64,000 nt of DNA from Botryllus schlosseri (lineage: Eukaryota). Position numbers and translations under genes: made by a program. Below the pieces are notes generated by a model, which ran no database searches, was not told the origin of the DNA, and saw only the letters and a program-made list of their open reading frames with translations. Shown here one piece after another: positions 40,792 to 53,372 of this stretch. The stretch lies in NCBI GenBank assembly GCA_051294905.1, contig CM119372.1, forward strand, positions 25,236,001 through 25,300,000, read 5' to 3'. Each line of letters begins with the position of its first letter. The stretch's first letter is position 1.

Positions 40792-42154
40792 TATCCTGGA
40801 TGTTTTATCAATATATTCAACGTGAACTATAACTGATCTAGAATGAGAGATTCGATACTTATATATTTAGTGAATATCACGTCATATGATGGATAATATA
40901 ATATTCAACTGGAGTGCTTTGTTGATGATTTGATAGTGGCGATCGTGACAGATGATAAAGATTATGATGAGATGTATAGATGCACAGAACGCAGACACCT
41001 TTTATCGAAATTTCACCCTGTTACAAATATTAATACATACAATGTAGTATGTGTAAACGGCCAAGCAATTGATGAAGATCTATAGCCCACACGCATTTTC
41101 AATGCTAGGACAATCCATCGTTAAAACCAACCTCATAGTGTTGCAAAAGCAGTCGCACCGTAAAACCGTATATACTTGAAATTGTGGATGCTTTACATTT
41201 CTTATCCCAGCCAATCCTCATCCTTGTGACGACATTGAAACCTATCCAGTCATTAAAATGATCGTCGAGATTTGTGTTCAGTAAATGTTACATTCTTTGA
41301 AAAGTGCATCTGTAAATATTCGTCAGTCTCCAAATATGATCCGCGATTTGGAAATTATGAATACGGTATATTGAACCAATGTCAAAGTTACAAATGATTG
41401 TGTGGATATTTCTCTCAGCTGCACTCTATTTTACATATAAATGCGAAAACCCATGATGCAACCCTTGCGCCTGTTTACCACAGTTCGTAATAGGGATTGC
41501 ATAATTGTTTACCTTCACCACAAAGCAGACCTATACAAAATAATATCAACTATATGGTTTTACAGCATTACTTTCCAAACTTGCTTGTGGAGCATTGGAA
41601 AAACTATAAAATATTCGCACCAGACATGCAAGACAAGAGCGTGACTCACGTGATAACGTGATCGACGAGCTTGATTATACGAACGACTGAAACGGGACTG
41701 TATTGATGAAAACATACCCGCATTTTGTCGCCAATATCAAGTAGTCTATCTCGTTTACAGCTTTTAATTCCTGTCGAAACAGAAAACAGCCGACCTCCTG
41801 AACTCATCCATATTTTGGTGGAAACTGCGTTTATAATCCGGTCGTTTCGTAAATTAATGAACAGTATTTCATCTCCTACACTCCTTCATCGCTTCCGATT
41901 GGATCAACTATCTTATAAAGACAATTTTGGGAAGTAATGTTGCAGTTAGGGTTGCATTTAAAACAAAAATCAATTTAAAACAAATATGTCTAAAACAAGA
42001 CCCTAATTTAAAACATGTTTATTATTGTTGTTGTTTTTTAGCCATGACGTCACGAATATTCAATTGTGACGTCATAGTGGATTGACATTGACAATTGAAA
42101 ATATAGGGTAAATATAGCTCCCATGACGAAATATCTGTACTATAGCTGTTGAAC

Positions 42155-43309
42155 CGGTTGCCAGTGAACTCGGCACCTGGTGAACTCGGCACCTTCAACT
42201 CGGCACCTTGAACTCGGCACTTGGTGAACTCGGCACTTGATGAACTCGGCACTTCGTTTGATCGTAGATGCTGTGCGATCTCTATTGTTTCAAGTTTATG
42301 ACAATACAATGTTCCCCATGACACCAATAAATGTCTCCCATGAACACATCGAAACTTATGAAGGCCAAAATAATCAGTCTTTGCCTTCAAAGAAACGGAT
42401 ATTATAAATTAAATATCGTCCTTCAACTATATTCTTTTAGCAGGATGTTTCCCTAATGTCACCCTTCAACCTTCTCCTGACCAGATACCCGTGACAAAAT
42501 CACACCTTCCTATAATTAATCAGCTAATACAAAATCAGTATTGTTGTGTTGTATTGAACTTATAAAATCTCTAATAAACCTAACAGTTCAACTTATCAAT
42601 AACTAATCAACTAATAAATAAGATATATATATTTTGCACGATCCTTGCATCTCATGGTTTGCATATGCACAGATCGTGTGTATGTGTATCACGAGTTGGG
42701 TGCATATGCCGCAAAAACATCAAGGACAATAATAAACTACGTCCTTTCCTTCCAAAGAATTGAGGCATGTTTTTTTTCATCTTCCTGGTGTAAGAACGAT
42801 CGACCTTAGTCGTCAAACAGCATATCTCCTCCTCTTTGCGATACAACCTCCAATATTTTATTAGTTGACTCAATGAGATCATCTTCCTGCAAACAGGATT
42901 ATAAGTTAAAATCTGACCACTCATATCGAATTAATTAGCACTATTCAACTTACCTGGTTGTTAAGATCGGCTACCGGTAGCGGCCCCACTTCAATCTCAA
43001 CGGCACCTTCCTGCAAACAAAATTTAGTTAAAATCTCATAGCTCACATCGAATTAATTAGCACCATTCGACTTACCTGGTTGTAAAGATCGACTACCAGT
43101 AGCGGCCCCACTTCAATCTCAACGCATATGTCCGTCCATGTCCATCGCATATATCAATCATGAATCATTCCCTCTATCCGTCACATTAGCAATAGATGCA
43201 CCGAGTAGACCAACACCGACAGACGGCATTGTTGCGTCACAATACAAGCGCCGATTTCACCAGGTGCCGAGTTAAAGGTGCCGAGTTCACCAAGGGCCGA
43301 GTTCACTGG
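42155..43309. mobile_element. TIR element with tandem GAACTCGGCAC subterminal repeats; right tip cut by the inversion breakpoint
   Basis: Left end CGGTTGCCAGTGAACTCGGCACC followed by about 6 repeats; right end GTGCCGAGTT..GGCCGAGTTCACTGG, lacking the expected CAACCG. Confidence 0.75.
42883..43123. repeat. Two ~120-bp tandem units, each an intron plus exon on the minus strand
   Basis: CTTCCTGCAAACA..GTTAAAATCT..TCGAATTAATTAGCAC..ACTTACCTGGTTG..GCGGCCCCACTTCAATCTCAACG occurs twice. Confidence 0.85.
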
Positions 43310-43317
43310 AAAGTAAT

Positions 43318-46300
43318 GTTTGGAAAGTAATGCTGTAAAACCATATAGTTGATATTATTTTGTATAGGTCTGCTTTGTGGTGAAGGTAAACAATTATGCA
43401 ATCCCTATTACGAACTGTGGTAAACAGGCGCAAGGGTTGCATCATGGGTTTTCGCATTTATATGTAAAATAGAGTGCAGCTGAGAGAAATATCCACACAA
43501 TCATTTGTAACTTTGACATTGGTTCAATATACCGTATTCATAATTTCCAAATCGCGAATCATATTTGGAGACTGACGAATATTTATAGATGCACTTTTCA
43601 AAGAATGTAACATTTACTGAACACAAATCTCGACGATCATTTTAATGACTGGATAGGTTTCAATGTCGTCACAAGGATGAGGATTGGCTGGGATAAGAAA
43701 TGTAAAGCATCCACAATTTCAAGTATATACGGTTTTACGGTGCGACTGCTTTTGCAACACTATCAGGTTGGTTTTAACGATGGATTGTCCTAGCATTGAA
43801 AATGCGTGTGGGCTATAGATCTTCATCAATTGCTTGGCCGTTTACACATACTACATTGTATGTATTAATATTTGTAACAGGGTGAAATTTCGATAAAAGG
43901 TGTCTGCGTTCTGTGCATCTATACATCTCATCATAATCTTTATCATCTGTCACGATCGCCACTATCAAATCATCAACAAAGCACTCCAGTTGAATATTAT
44001 ATTATCCATCATATGACGTGATATTCACTAAATATATAAGTATCGAATCTCTCATTCTAGATCAGTTATAGTTCACGTTGAATATATTGATAAAACATCC
44101 AGGATAATGGCAGGAACTGGATTCGGGAGTGACGGCGGATGTCACCATGCAGAAAAAGCAAGGGTACTCGGTTTCCATAAACAGCAACATGATAAAATAT
44201 CTCATGTTAGTATTGACTTGAAATGATATTGAGCTATAACCGTGATCACTAGTCGAAGATTTAACAATGATTGGCAAATGATTGGCTGTCTTACAGAGCC
44301 TTTAGAAAGCACATATCATCATGTATCCAAATCGTTGTCATGCCTATCATATGGAATCCATTTTGCAGCATTTCATTATGGTGGGTATTCGGAGCGACAA
44401 AAGTCAAGTAACGGTGTACCGAACATTACGGCAAATTAGGTGTTTTCAAAAAGATATCATGCAGGTAAGTGATCTCCATGCTTCAATTTGAAGTTTCCCG
44501 TTGTTAAAGATAGAGCTTTGAGATGTTCAATTTCGAGCGAAAACTCAAATAAAAGGCATATCTAACTTATTGAAAATACTAATAAAAGCCTGATGGTTCG
44601 TAAACATAATTTATTTTCGAATACCAAATTCCACCTGCATTCCGTTCTAGAACTATTTCGGACTTAGGTAATAGAACTACGTAGCCTTTCCGCGATCAAG
44701 AGAGATATAGCTATAGTGTACTATTTCAACATCCAAATCACTAATTCAAATCATATTTTATCCATATACTTATACATGATACAATACCGTGCCCAGTATA
44801 GGCCTACTGCTGACTCTGTTTCATTGAAAAGTGTCATAAAAACCAGGGATGGTTTGAACCTCCGAAAGGTTCAGGTTCGTGGGAGTGCGAACCTTTCTGA
44901 AAGGTTCTGTGTGAACGCGAACGTAAACCTCATGACGTCACGTGACGTCACATTGCTAATTCCAACCCTACATTTCAGTGAAGTGATATAATAATGTACG
45001 TATACACGATACCTAGCGACGACTCGGAACACATAATGCCACAATGCTAAAGTACATACTGACTTTTTAAACGTCGCCAAATGTATCAGCTGGGGCAATC
45101 AAATGATATAATAATTGCATAAAATCAATATCTTCCGTCGCTTTGTTAACAATTTCGACGAGAATTGCAAGGGAATATATAAGCTTACGCCTAGGCCAGA
45201 CCGGACAATCTATTCGGCGTCTCAGTGTTGCTGCATTGATATAGAGCAGAGTGTAAAACGGGGTTCTATACTTGCTACCGATATTACCCCTTTAACAAGT
45301 TATACAGCAGTAGACAACACCCTAATCGCACGGAATTGATTTTTATGATACAATTAACATATGAAATCGAGATTGAACGTGTACGCTTGCTAACTTTTTT
45401 ACATTAGACAGCGATATCAATGACTACCTACATGTAGCGTATTTCGCTATTGATGTTGTGTGATTGCGGGTCAAGCTCACAGCTGCCAGTCACTGAATAT
45501 TCACAAACGGAACTAGCTGGATATTTCGAGCAAACTTTTGTAATAAAGCAAGTAACATTTTTGAGATTGTCAGGGGGGCATGCTCATTTAGTGTTCATTA
45601 TTTATGCTGCCAGCGCCATGCATAGAGTGGCCCGCAGTTGAAATGCAATAACTTTCAACCAAAGATGTTATAATGACATGAAAATTGTAATATATGAAAA
45701 AGGTTCACAGTGCAGAACCTATACCACGGTTCGTTTGTAAACGTGAACCTCTAAATTTCTCAGGTTCACACACAGAACGCGAACGTGAACCCCGCGTTCA
45801 CACAATCCCCAATAAAAACCCATAACGACCGTTTCCCTGAAATTGATCTCTCGAGATGTACTGATATATATAACATGAACAATGAACATATAGCAACATA
45901 AATTAATATAACCAGTTTCAATATAGATTGAATGAGCAATTCCGGATGATATATATCCCATCAAAACAACCAAACGCAATATCCAAAAAATGTCGATACT
46001 TAGTTTCACATTAATGACAGCAGTCGTTATAAAGTGCATAACCCATCCTTTATCCAGACAGATGTAAATTTCGTTATTTGATGTGATACTATCTTATTTC
46101 AGTGTCACAAAGTAAGAGGCGTTAACGACTCACCAAACGCTCTCTGAAAAAGGTTTCACGAGGATTAAACAACGCCATGCGATCAGGTCGCGGTACAATG
46201 GGCAAGTTGAAAATGATCGACAGTTTGAATAATTTCTTTTCGGTACGTTGATCAACTTTTCATTCATTCATTTTCAGTTTTTTTGTCAATATCATGATTA

Positions 46301-49119
46301 CTATAAGTGTCCGGTGATTCGTGTGTATTCACCGAATAATCGTATTCGAGTTTAGTGGGCAAACCTTCGATGATCTCCTTCAAAAAATGGTAACCATTAT
46401 ATGACCTTCTTGGAGACACAGAACTTCAATTGTATAACAATTAGATAGGCCTGAGGTAAAAAAAAGTAAATAACAGCAATGACGTGACGACGTAGATTGA
46501 TTTTAGGGTAACCAACAAAATAAAGTCGCATTGTGCCAATGTTTCCGAAATTTGAGGAGGATTGACCCGTGCTCCCGTGAAACTTCCATTGGAATTGCGT
46601 TCCTCAGATTGGATATACATTTCCTCTCAATAGAAATATATGATTATAAATAATTATATGAATTAAAATGTGCACCACCTTACCACAGGTCGTCACACAT
46701 TACGACGAATTAGCACAATCGAAAACGATGAGCATCTTCTTGAAACCTACTGAGATCGATCCGTCTTCAAAGAGCTGGAGGTAGAACAGTATTGCCAGCC
46801 TTTTTCAGAATGGTACACCCTGTTAATGTTTACTCAATACACCCCAGCCCACGTAACACATCGAATCTGAATTCATCCTGATCGGAGTAAGGATGAGCAA
46901 GCTTGCATACTATATGAAATGCGCCGTGCATATTTAAAGAAATCCACGTTGATATCTTTAACTTGTTGCAGTAGCCGTGCTTCTAGTGCTCATGGCATAG
47001 GCATATCAACACTTTTGTTCGTTTTTTTTAATTGCATTTCATCAAGAGCAGAAAACCCGACTTGCAGAGATATATCGTTTGGATGGGAACAAGGGTGAAA
47101 ATCGCTTTTTGACTCAGATTACGGTATTTAGACTGATGACAAGCGATAGAGGCCTACGAAAAACTCACTAGGGTTTTAAAACCTTTAAACCCTGCCTTTT
47201 GAGCAAATTCGATCATAGATAATGAGTTTACAGGTTAAGCATGCCTGAACGATGCAAAATTATCAGAATTTAGACCTTTTCTAATTTTACACGAATACAA
47301 TTTTCAATATTCAAAGTTAATTTTTTCAGCTTTCTATTTTTCGTTGATATGGTTTTCCTGCAGAAGGAAATTTTGGTATCAGCAGAACTCCAATACTGAT
47401 CAAACTTAGCCTCACATCAGCGATGTTCTACACTTAAAGGGTAGGCTACACTTGAAGTTTTACAATATAAGCTTTAGTTTGTTGGTTATGATGTGATTTG
47501 CGAAAATTTCGAAAATAATGTCGAAAACTCGGTATCGCGTAAACGCGTATGCGTATCGAACCAAATTTGAGCGGATTTTTTCTGCTTAAAGGGGCACTGC
47601 ACTATAAAAATGATGTGGTCTCAAATTGAAGGGCAAAACGAAAAAATTTTTTGGCCGCGGCCATTTTCTTTAGAACGCCGCCGTAAGGGAGCTGGAATTT
47701 ATTGAAATTTCCGCAACAACTTCGCGCTCCAGCAGTCACGCAGACCACATCGTTTTTAGAGTGCAGTGCCCCTTTAATTGTGAATTACGAGCTGTCAATG
47801 CAGTACTTAGAGACGTCTCTGAATACTTCAAATTTTAAATATCACAACTGTACCTTCCCCCATAAGTAGCCCAAAGACTTTTCATTTGTAAACGGCTGAC
47901 TGCACGATCAACCATAGAGAAATAAGATTCAAACAATTGTCGTATTGAAAATAGGTCCCAACATTTTGCTGTTGCACCTCAATATGCTTATTTTTGATTC
48001 AATGCTAGTTTTTTTTCGGTCTCCCAATTCTTGATGAAATTGTTAAATCAAGTGAAGAATCTCATTTTGATACATTATTTTCTTACACTCTCAACTTACA
48101 TTTATACACTTCAACCTTATACTGACAACTATGTATTTATTTATATTACGCCATTTATAAACCCCAGCAGGCGGAGCTGAGCTGTCGTGACGCTTCGTCA
48201 GGAATCAATAAAGACAGAAATTGCAAGCTAAACAAATGTTACCTCGACCCTGTTCAACTGCAAAATGAACTTTTATCAACGGTCAAACTATCAAAAACAA
48301 TATTACGTTTTGACAGCACAGACAGAATGTAATAACATACAAACGGCATACACTAGAGAAGGGGTATCAAACTCAACTTGCGTCGCGGGCCGGATTCAAA
48401 CCTTCAAATCACTCGCGGGCCGGACCAGTCAAATGGTTCCAATATATTACCTCAAAATGCACGCCCTTTTTTTCGTCCAGAGTTTTTAATCAAGTGGCGT
48501 TATCTGTTGCATCATAATGCGGAAACGCGTTATCGCTGTCAGTTGTCAATTAGTTGAATGAAACAGCAGCCTGTTGCCACTGTAATATGTCGAATTATCG
48601 TCATCGCGAAATGAAAGTCGTGTGTATCCGATTTGTACGGTACAGCTAAGAAACGGATGATAGAATATTGATATCGCTTTGCAATGGCGGGTACATAATT
48701 CGTTGATTGTTTAGTGAAGCCATTACCTAGGAGACAATCGGCACGCTCATTATCGGAAATATTTGTGGGTAGGAATGGTATACGCCCACGCAGTGTACGC
48801 AGTTTTTATAGGAAACTTTATCCATAGTTGTTCCGGTTTGTTAAATCATGAGATTAACACTGACTTTATGCGCTGCGATCAACCGGTTTCCTTAATCCTG
48901 GGTTGATAAATCCTGACGAACGCAATAATCGACTTTATTGCTAATCCAACTTTATTATCTCCGCCCTGGATATCAGTTTCACTAACTCGTTTCTGATGGT
49001 GACTAGAGTGAAACCATACCACCTCTGTCGGATGTTTATGATGTTGCCTATGATCTTGACATTTGCTGCCTTGTGGGAAGTATTTCTTACAATAATATCT
49101 AAATATTTGTTAGAAATGT
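43318..49119. repeat. Right arm of the ~5.8-kb inverted repeat (native arm, continuous with the downstream exons of copy 3)
   Basis: Begins GTTTGGAAAGTAATGCTG (rc of the 41563-41580 end) and ends TTGTTAGAAATGT (rc of the 35780 start). Confidence 0.97.
44844..45811 (-). mobile_element. TAGGGATGGTGTGAAC-family MITE in intron 2 of copy 3 (mirror of 39087-40054)
   Basis: Reverse complement of the left-arm copy. Confidence 0.88.
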
Positions 49120-50094
49120 GTTTGATAATACAGGGATTTTTCAATCTACTCAGAATTGCTTCGCTGGTCGGATGAAATCGCCTGACGGGCTGGATGATTG
49201 TATGATCTAGCATATTTGTAACAAACGTTCTTCACAGAAACGCAAACGCAAATGTAAAACTGTCTCAGTCCCCGGCATCGACATAAACCCGAATCGCGAT
49301 TTAATACTGATGAACCAAATTCCAACGTTAAATTTTATTCCTCATAACGCATACTCGAGACTATAATGCCAGAATACGACTTTATAACAAAGGGATCATA
49401 GAATTATACCAACTTATATCATCGTTAGAGCCAATATTTCAGCGGTTAATAACTGTATTCAACCCGCCAATCATCGTACTTTTACCAATTCGATTGTTTG
49501 CGAATAAAGGCGTTATTACAACAGAACCCCAATAATCGGTAATATATACTATCATGTACACAGGCTTGATAATAATGTGTTCGAGTAAATAATACTTTGG
49601 AATAATTTGTCTGGTGCGGCCCCCGATCAGGAGGTTTGAATCCGGCCCTCGACTCAAGTTGAGTTTGACACCCCTGACGTACAGTACACCCTTGGATCCA
49701 CGATACACTGGCGGCTGAAAAGCCCTGAGGTACAATATTACCTTCCCTTTTAAATATGGGCACTAATTCTCTACATGCTACTGCTACCCAGTTCATTTTT
49801 GTGACTGGTCGTTAGACTAAGGTTAGGCAATGATAAAGACAACATATTAATGTTTTACATTATTTACGTGAATTTCATTTCTTCAGCAAGAGTGGAAAAA
49901 CGTATATGTACATTCCACGAAACACATTAGGTCGCAACTCCCAAAACGCGGAAATGTATGATGAACAAGGGAGCTTTGGCGACTATATAACCAAAAGTAT
50001 TCGTTTGGATAGTGCTGGCGAAGAGACGAAGGTGATATTTATCATCAATATATCACATTTTGTTTTCAGCAGCACTTCCTATCAGTAATAATAA

Positions 50095-51811
50095 CACTGG
50101 TCTACAAAATGAAGAAAAAAAATATGCAGAACATCTGAGAGCCGTTTTTGGGGTTTTGAGGTTTCTGGAATATCACATTAGTTTTCCCAGATTGGCTCTT
50201 TGTCAGAAGATATTTGGACCCCTAAAAAAGCCCAAAATTACAGTATTAACCCTTACATATTTCACTTGGTAGGAAGAAAATTGTAGTTTTTTTCTAATTT
50301 AAACTGCGCATGAATAGATAATTGACTATGAAGAACCCTCATGTCGTTCTCAGTCATTCTATCAATATAGACATGACATGATGCTAAATATTTGTTTGTC
50401 AAAAAAGCAGTTTGTCAAGCCTAAAAATTGTACTTCTGCACAACAGAAACACATATTCTCCTGTATCAATTGGTCATTCTACCAAGATTAAAGACAAGTA
50501 TAAAAACTATAAAAATTTTCCTGGAAAAGCTTAACTATACAATACTCGTATGCGGCTCATTTCTTTTGACAGGTAAATGGATAATTTCCCGCTGAGTCAA
50601 CAAAGTGGGTATACCTTGTATTGTAACCCTATCAAACGAGAAGCCTAAATCTGGTATCTGGTATATTCGAATACCAATGAAAGATTCCAATTTCACTCTG
50701 GGAATGAGTTCATTGCATATAATTTCTCCTAAGATGTAGTAAATAAAACTTTTTAGATGATCACAAAGCACCCAACTACAAACAATTGGTCCGAAAATTC
50801 GTATCTACATATCGAAAACTTCAGCACAAACATGAGCATAAAAGTTCACTTCCTGTTCAGTCATCTTGATATATTTCCTGATCATCTTGTTGATTAGCAA
50901 AGGAGAGGTTCTACCAAGACATCAGAACAACAAAAGAAAGATATCGGGGCAGATGAGATGAACAATTGAATACATTATGGCAGACCATTGCCGGAACCTT
51001 TCGAGAGACTGCACTAAATAGCTTACAGGGAAAAATCGTACAAAATATGTGCTTTAAAATGAATTAATAACATTATGTTCCAACCGTTTATTTCAAATTT
51101 ACAATGGGCGGTTGACCTAAAATTGATTGAATTAATGCCACGTTATTTGAGTATCTAGGTAAATACTTATATATGACTGGAGTTTATTTATGTACATGAT
51201 ATCCGTGAAAGTCTGTAACTATGATAAATCTGTTACCCCTAAATATAGTGCTCTTGCTGTATCTTAATTTAAAAGAGTCTTCTGTGTGTAAAAATAACAA
51301 GTAGATTTAGGCCTACCATACGTCCCGTTTTAGGCGGGACAGTCCCGCTTTTTAACGTCTTGTCCCGGCGTTCCGACCAGTCAGCCAAACGTCCCGCTTT
51401 TTAAAGCCGGCGGGTATTTCGGAGTGAAAAACGGTGATTTTAGCTCTGAGCGGAAAGATGACCTTTTTTTTAGTCAACCGATCACAAAGTGGGATAAATT
51501 CACCGGTTTTTGAGATTTCTTCTCCGGTTTTGCAAGCCTCAGATTTCTGAAAAAGTGTCCCCCTTTTAGATTTCCAAAATATGGTAAGCCTAAGTAGATT
51601 GAATTTCTAAACTTTATAGTAGCCTACGACTGAGCCGATTTCTTATCAACTCATTACCACGAAAATGGGAGATTTTGGTCAAAATAGCCCCATGGATTAT
51701 CTCCACAACATGAGCAAATTAAAAAAATAAGGTCATATTCGGAGTCAGTGCCCTTCAGAACCCCCAAAACCCCTCTTACTTTCTCTGCCTAAAAATATGT
51801 GTTGACCAGTG
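50095..51811 (+). mobile_element. Chapaev (Chapaev3-type) DNA transposon deletion derivative in intron 5 of copy 3
   Basis: Termini CACTGGTC...GACCAGTG with a 3-bp TAA TSD. Degenerate transposase NMSIKVHFLFSHLDIFPDHL..GERFYQDI..ERYRG..IMADHC at ~50829-51010 resembles the Chapaev KxHFLHSHLDxFPxNLGxVSxExGERFHQD motif as I recall it. Confidence 0.78.
51308..51592. mobile_element. hAT-like MITE nested in the Chapaev element
   Basis: TIR TAGGCCTACCATA...TATGGTAAGCCTA; perfect 8-bp TSD AGTAGATT; same family as 3838-4260. Confidence 0.88.
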
Positions 51812-53165
51812 TAATAATATATCATTTATAGAGCTGTAACTATCCACTCATGTCGCAGCCGAATACACTCAGCTGTATTGCACTCGCAGACTTTGAAGGA
51901 GACAATTCGAATTTCGGAGAAGACTTGATTTCAATACAGAAAGATGAAGAAGTCGAAGTTGTGGAACAACATAAATCAGGTATTCGGACAGATATTTTCG
52001 GTATACTTTGCTGCCACCAGACGGGACAGTTCACTTGAAACGTGACATTTGCAAGCTGATCAGAAACTAGCGTTTTCGCGTACATTGCAACAACGACCGT
52101 TATGTTTCAGGGTGGTGGCTAGTGAGAAGATCATCTGTAGATTCGGAATCAGATTTTTCATCATGCGGTTACGTACCAGCGAGCTACTTGAGGCAGTCAA
52201 CGATCGATGACAATTCGCAACAACTTCCAGTTTTTGTAAGTAGGCTTAACATATGATTATTCATTTCATGTGACAAGCATAGATAGGGTTTAATGTTTTT
52301 CTCAATTTCTAATTCTCGACACTGGCCAACAGGATAGAAAGCAAATGGTAGAAAGCGATATTATTATTGACATGGCCGGAAACGGCGACAGGCGCCATTC
52401 AATCCTCACTATTATTAAAAATAAATATGACATTATTTCTTAGCATTGTATTGCTGTCTACTTGACTTGACGTTGGCTATGAATATTGATAAGACTATGA
52501 ATTCACACTTGACTATGCATTGACCAGAAATTGACATTGAATTGCTGTGAACCCTAATTTTTACCCATACATTGGCGAAATCTTTCTAGAGAGTGCAGAG
52601 AGTATGTGTATAGACTTAACCCAGCGGTCATGTCTTACAGTAGATTCACACTTCACAGCACAATGAGTTCACAAGATAGCTGTCCTATTTTACTAGAATT
52701 TGATGGGGCATATTTCCAATGTGCCCAACTGCAATGAAATGCAGAGCAGTAACCCATACTCGGCACAGAAATTTAGAGCAGTATATATTCTACGATTTCT
52801 ATTTCCATTTAGAGCCCAACCATGCTCATGTCCGAAGAAGCGGTTGAATTTGACTTATCGGGGACTGCAGTTTGTTCGGATGCGCCGAAATTGTATAAAT
52901 CGATAGTAAACAATCAGCCCCGAGAATTACCCTTCGACTTCAGTGATTCCGAACAATCTGATATGACGCACAGTTCCGTAGAAATATGCGAAATGAGCGA
53001 CGGGCTGAGTGAAATGAACGAGACATCTCGCCGCTTTGGTAGAAGACACCCGTCAAACACTCTGGGAAATTGGGAATTGCTATCCCGTCGCCGACACACG
53101 TTAGCGTTGCCAACGTTGGGAACACTTTTCACGCCGACCAACAGTTCATTCACCAAATCCAATTC

Positions 53166-53372
53166 AGATACAATATTTGAAAAGTGCGGCGAGACGGAAC
53201 CATGTCGACATGACAGTACGGGCCCTATTATCCAGTCCATATACAATTCAGACTGTTATTGAAGTCGTATTAGCCACCCGATTAATCTAATTTTTGCGGA
53301 TATAATATTTTCGACGTGGTCTGGTGCACAAGACCTTAGTAGTTAAGCACCATTAACCCCACATACAACACA
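53166..53372. mobile_element. 207-bp insertion with a 15-bp TSD (likely retroposed fragment) in exon 8 of copy 3
   Basis: CACCAAATCCAATTC occurs at 53151-53165 and 53373-53387; the insert is absent from copies 1 and 2 and ends in a CA-rich run. Confidence 0.8.

Larger units (their letters stand above)
35780..41580. repeat. Left arm of a ~5.8-kb near-perfect inverted repeat
   Basis: Reverse complement of 43318-49119. The ORF track has mirrored identical ORFs (36410-36634- vs 48265-48489+; 40621-40836+ vs 44062-44277-). I noticed about 6 substitutions and one 1-nt homopolymer indel by eye. Confidence 0.97.

Noticed and set aside
42161..42253. Regularly spaced GAACTCGGCAC repeats, superficially CRISPR- or iteron-like
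   Set aside because: The units are about 11-16 nt with no unique spacers, are mirrored at 43263-43309 as subterminal TIR repeats, and the context is eukaryotic with no cas genes.
35780..49119. Giant TIR transposon (Polinton/foldback) explanation for the inverted repeat
   Set aside because: The arms consist of host exons and introns, there is no TSD at the outer ends, and the spacer encodes no transposase, integrase or polymerase.
48941..49213. Coding-looking stretch in intron 4 of copy 3
   Set aside because: No identifiable protein, and plus-strand frames have several stops. It is useful only as a hint that the right arm is continuous with its flank.
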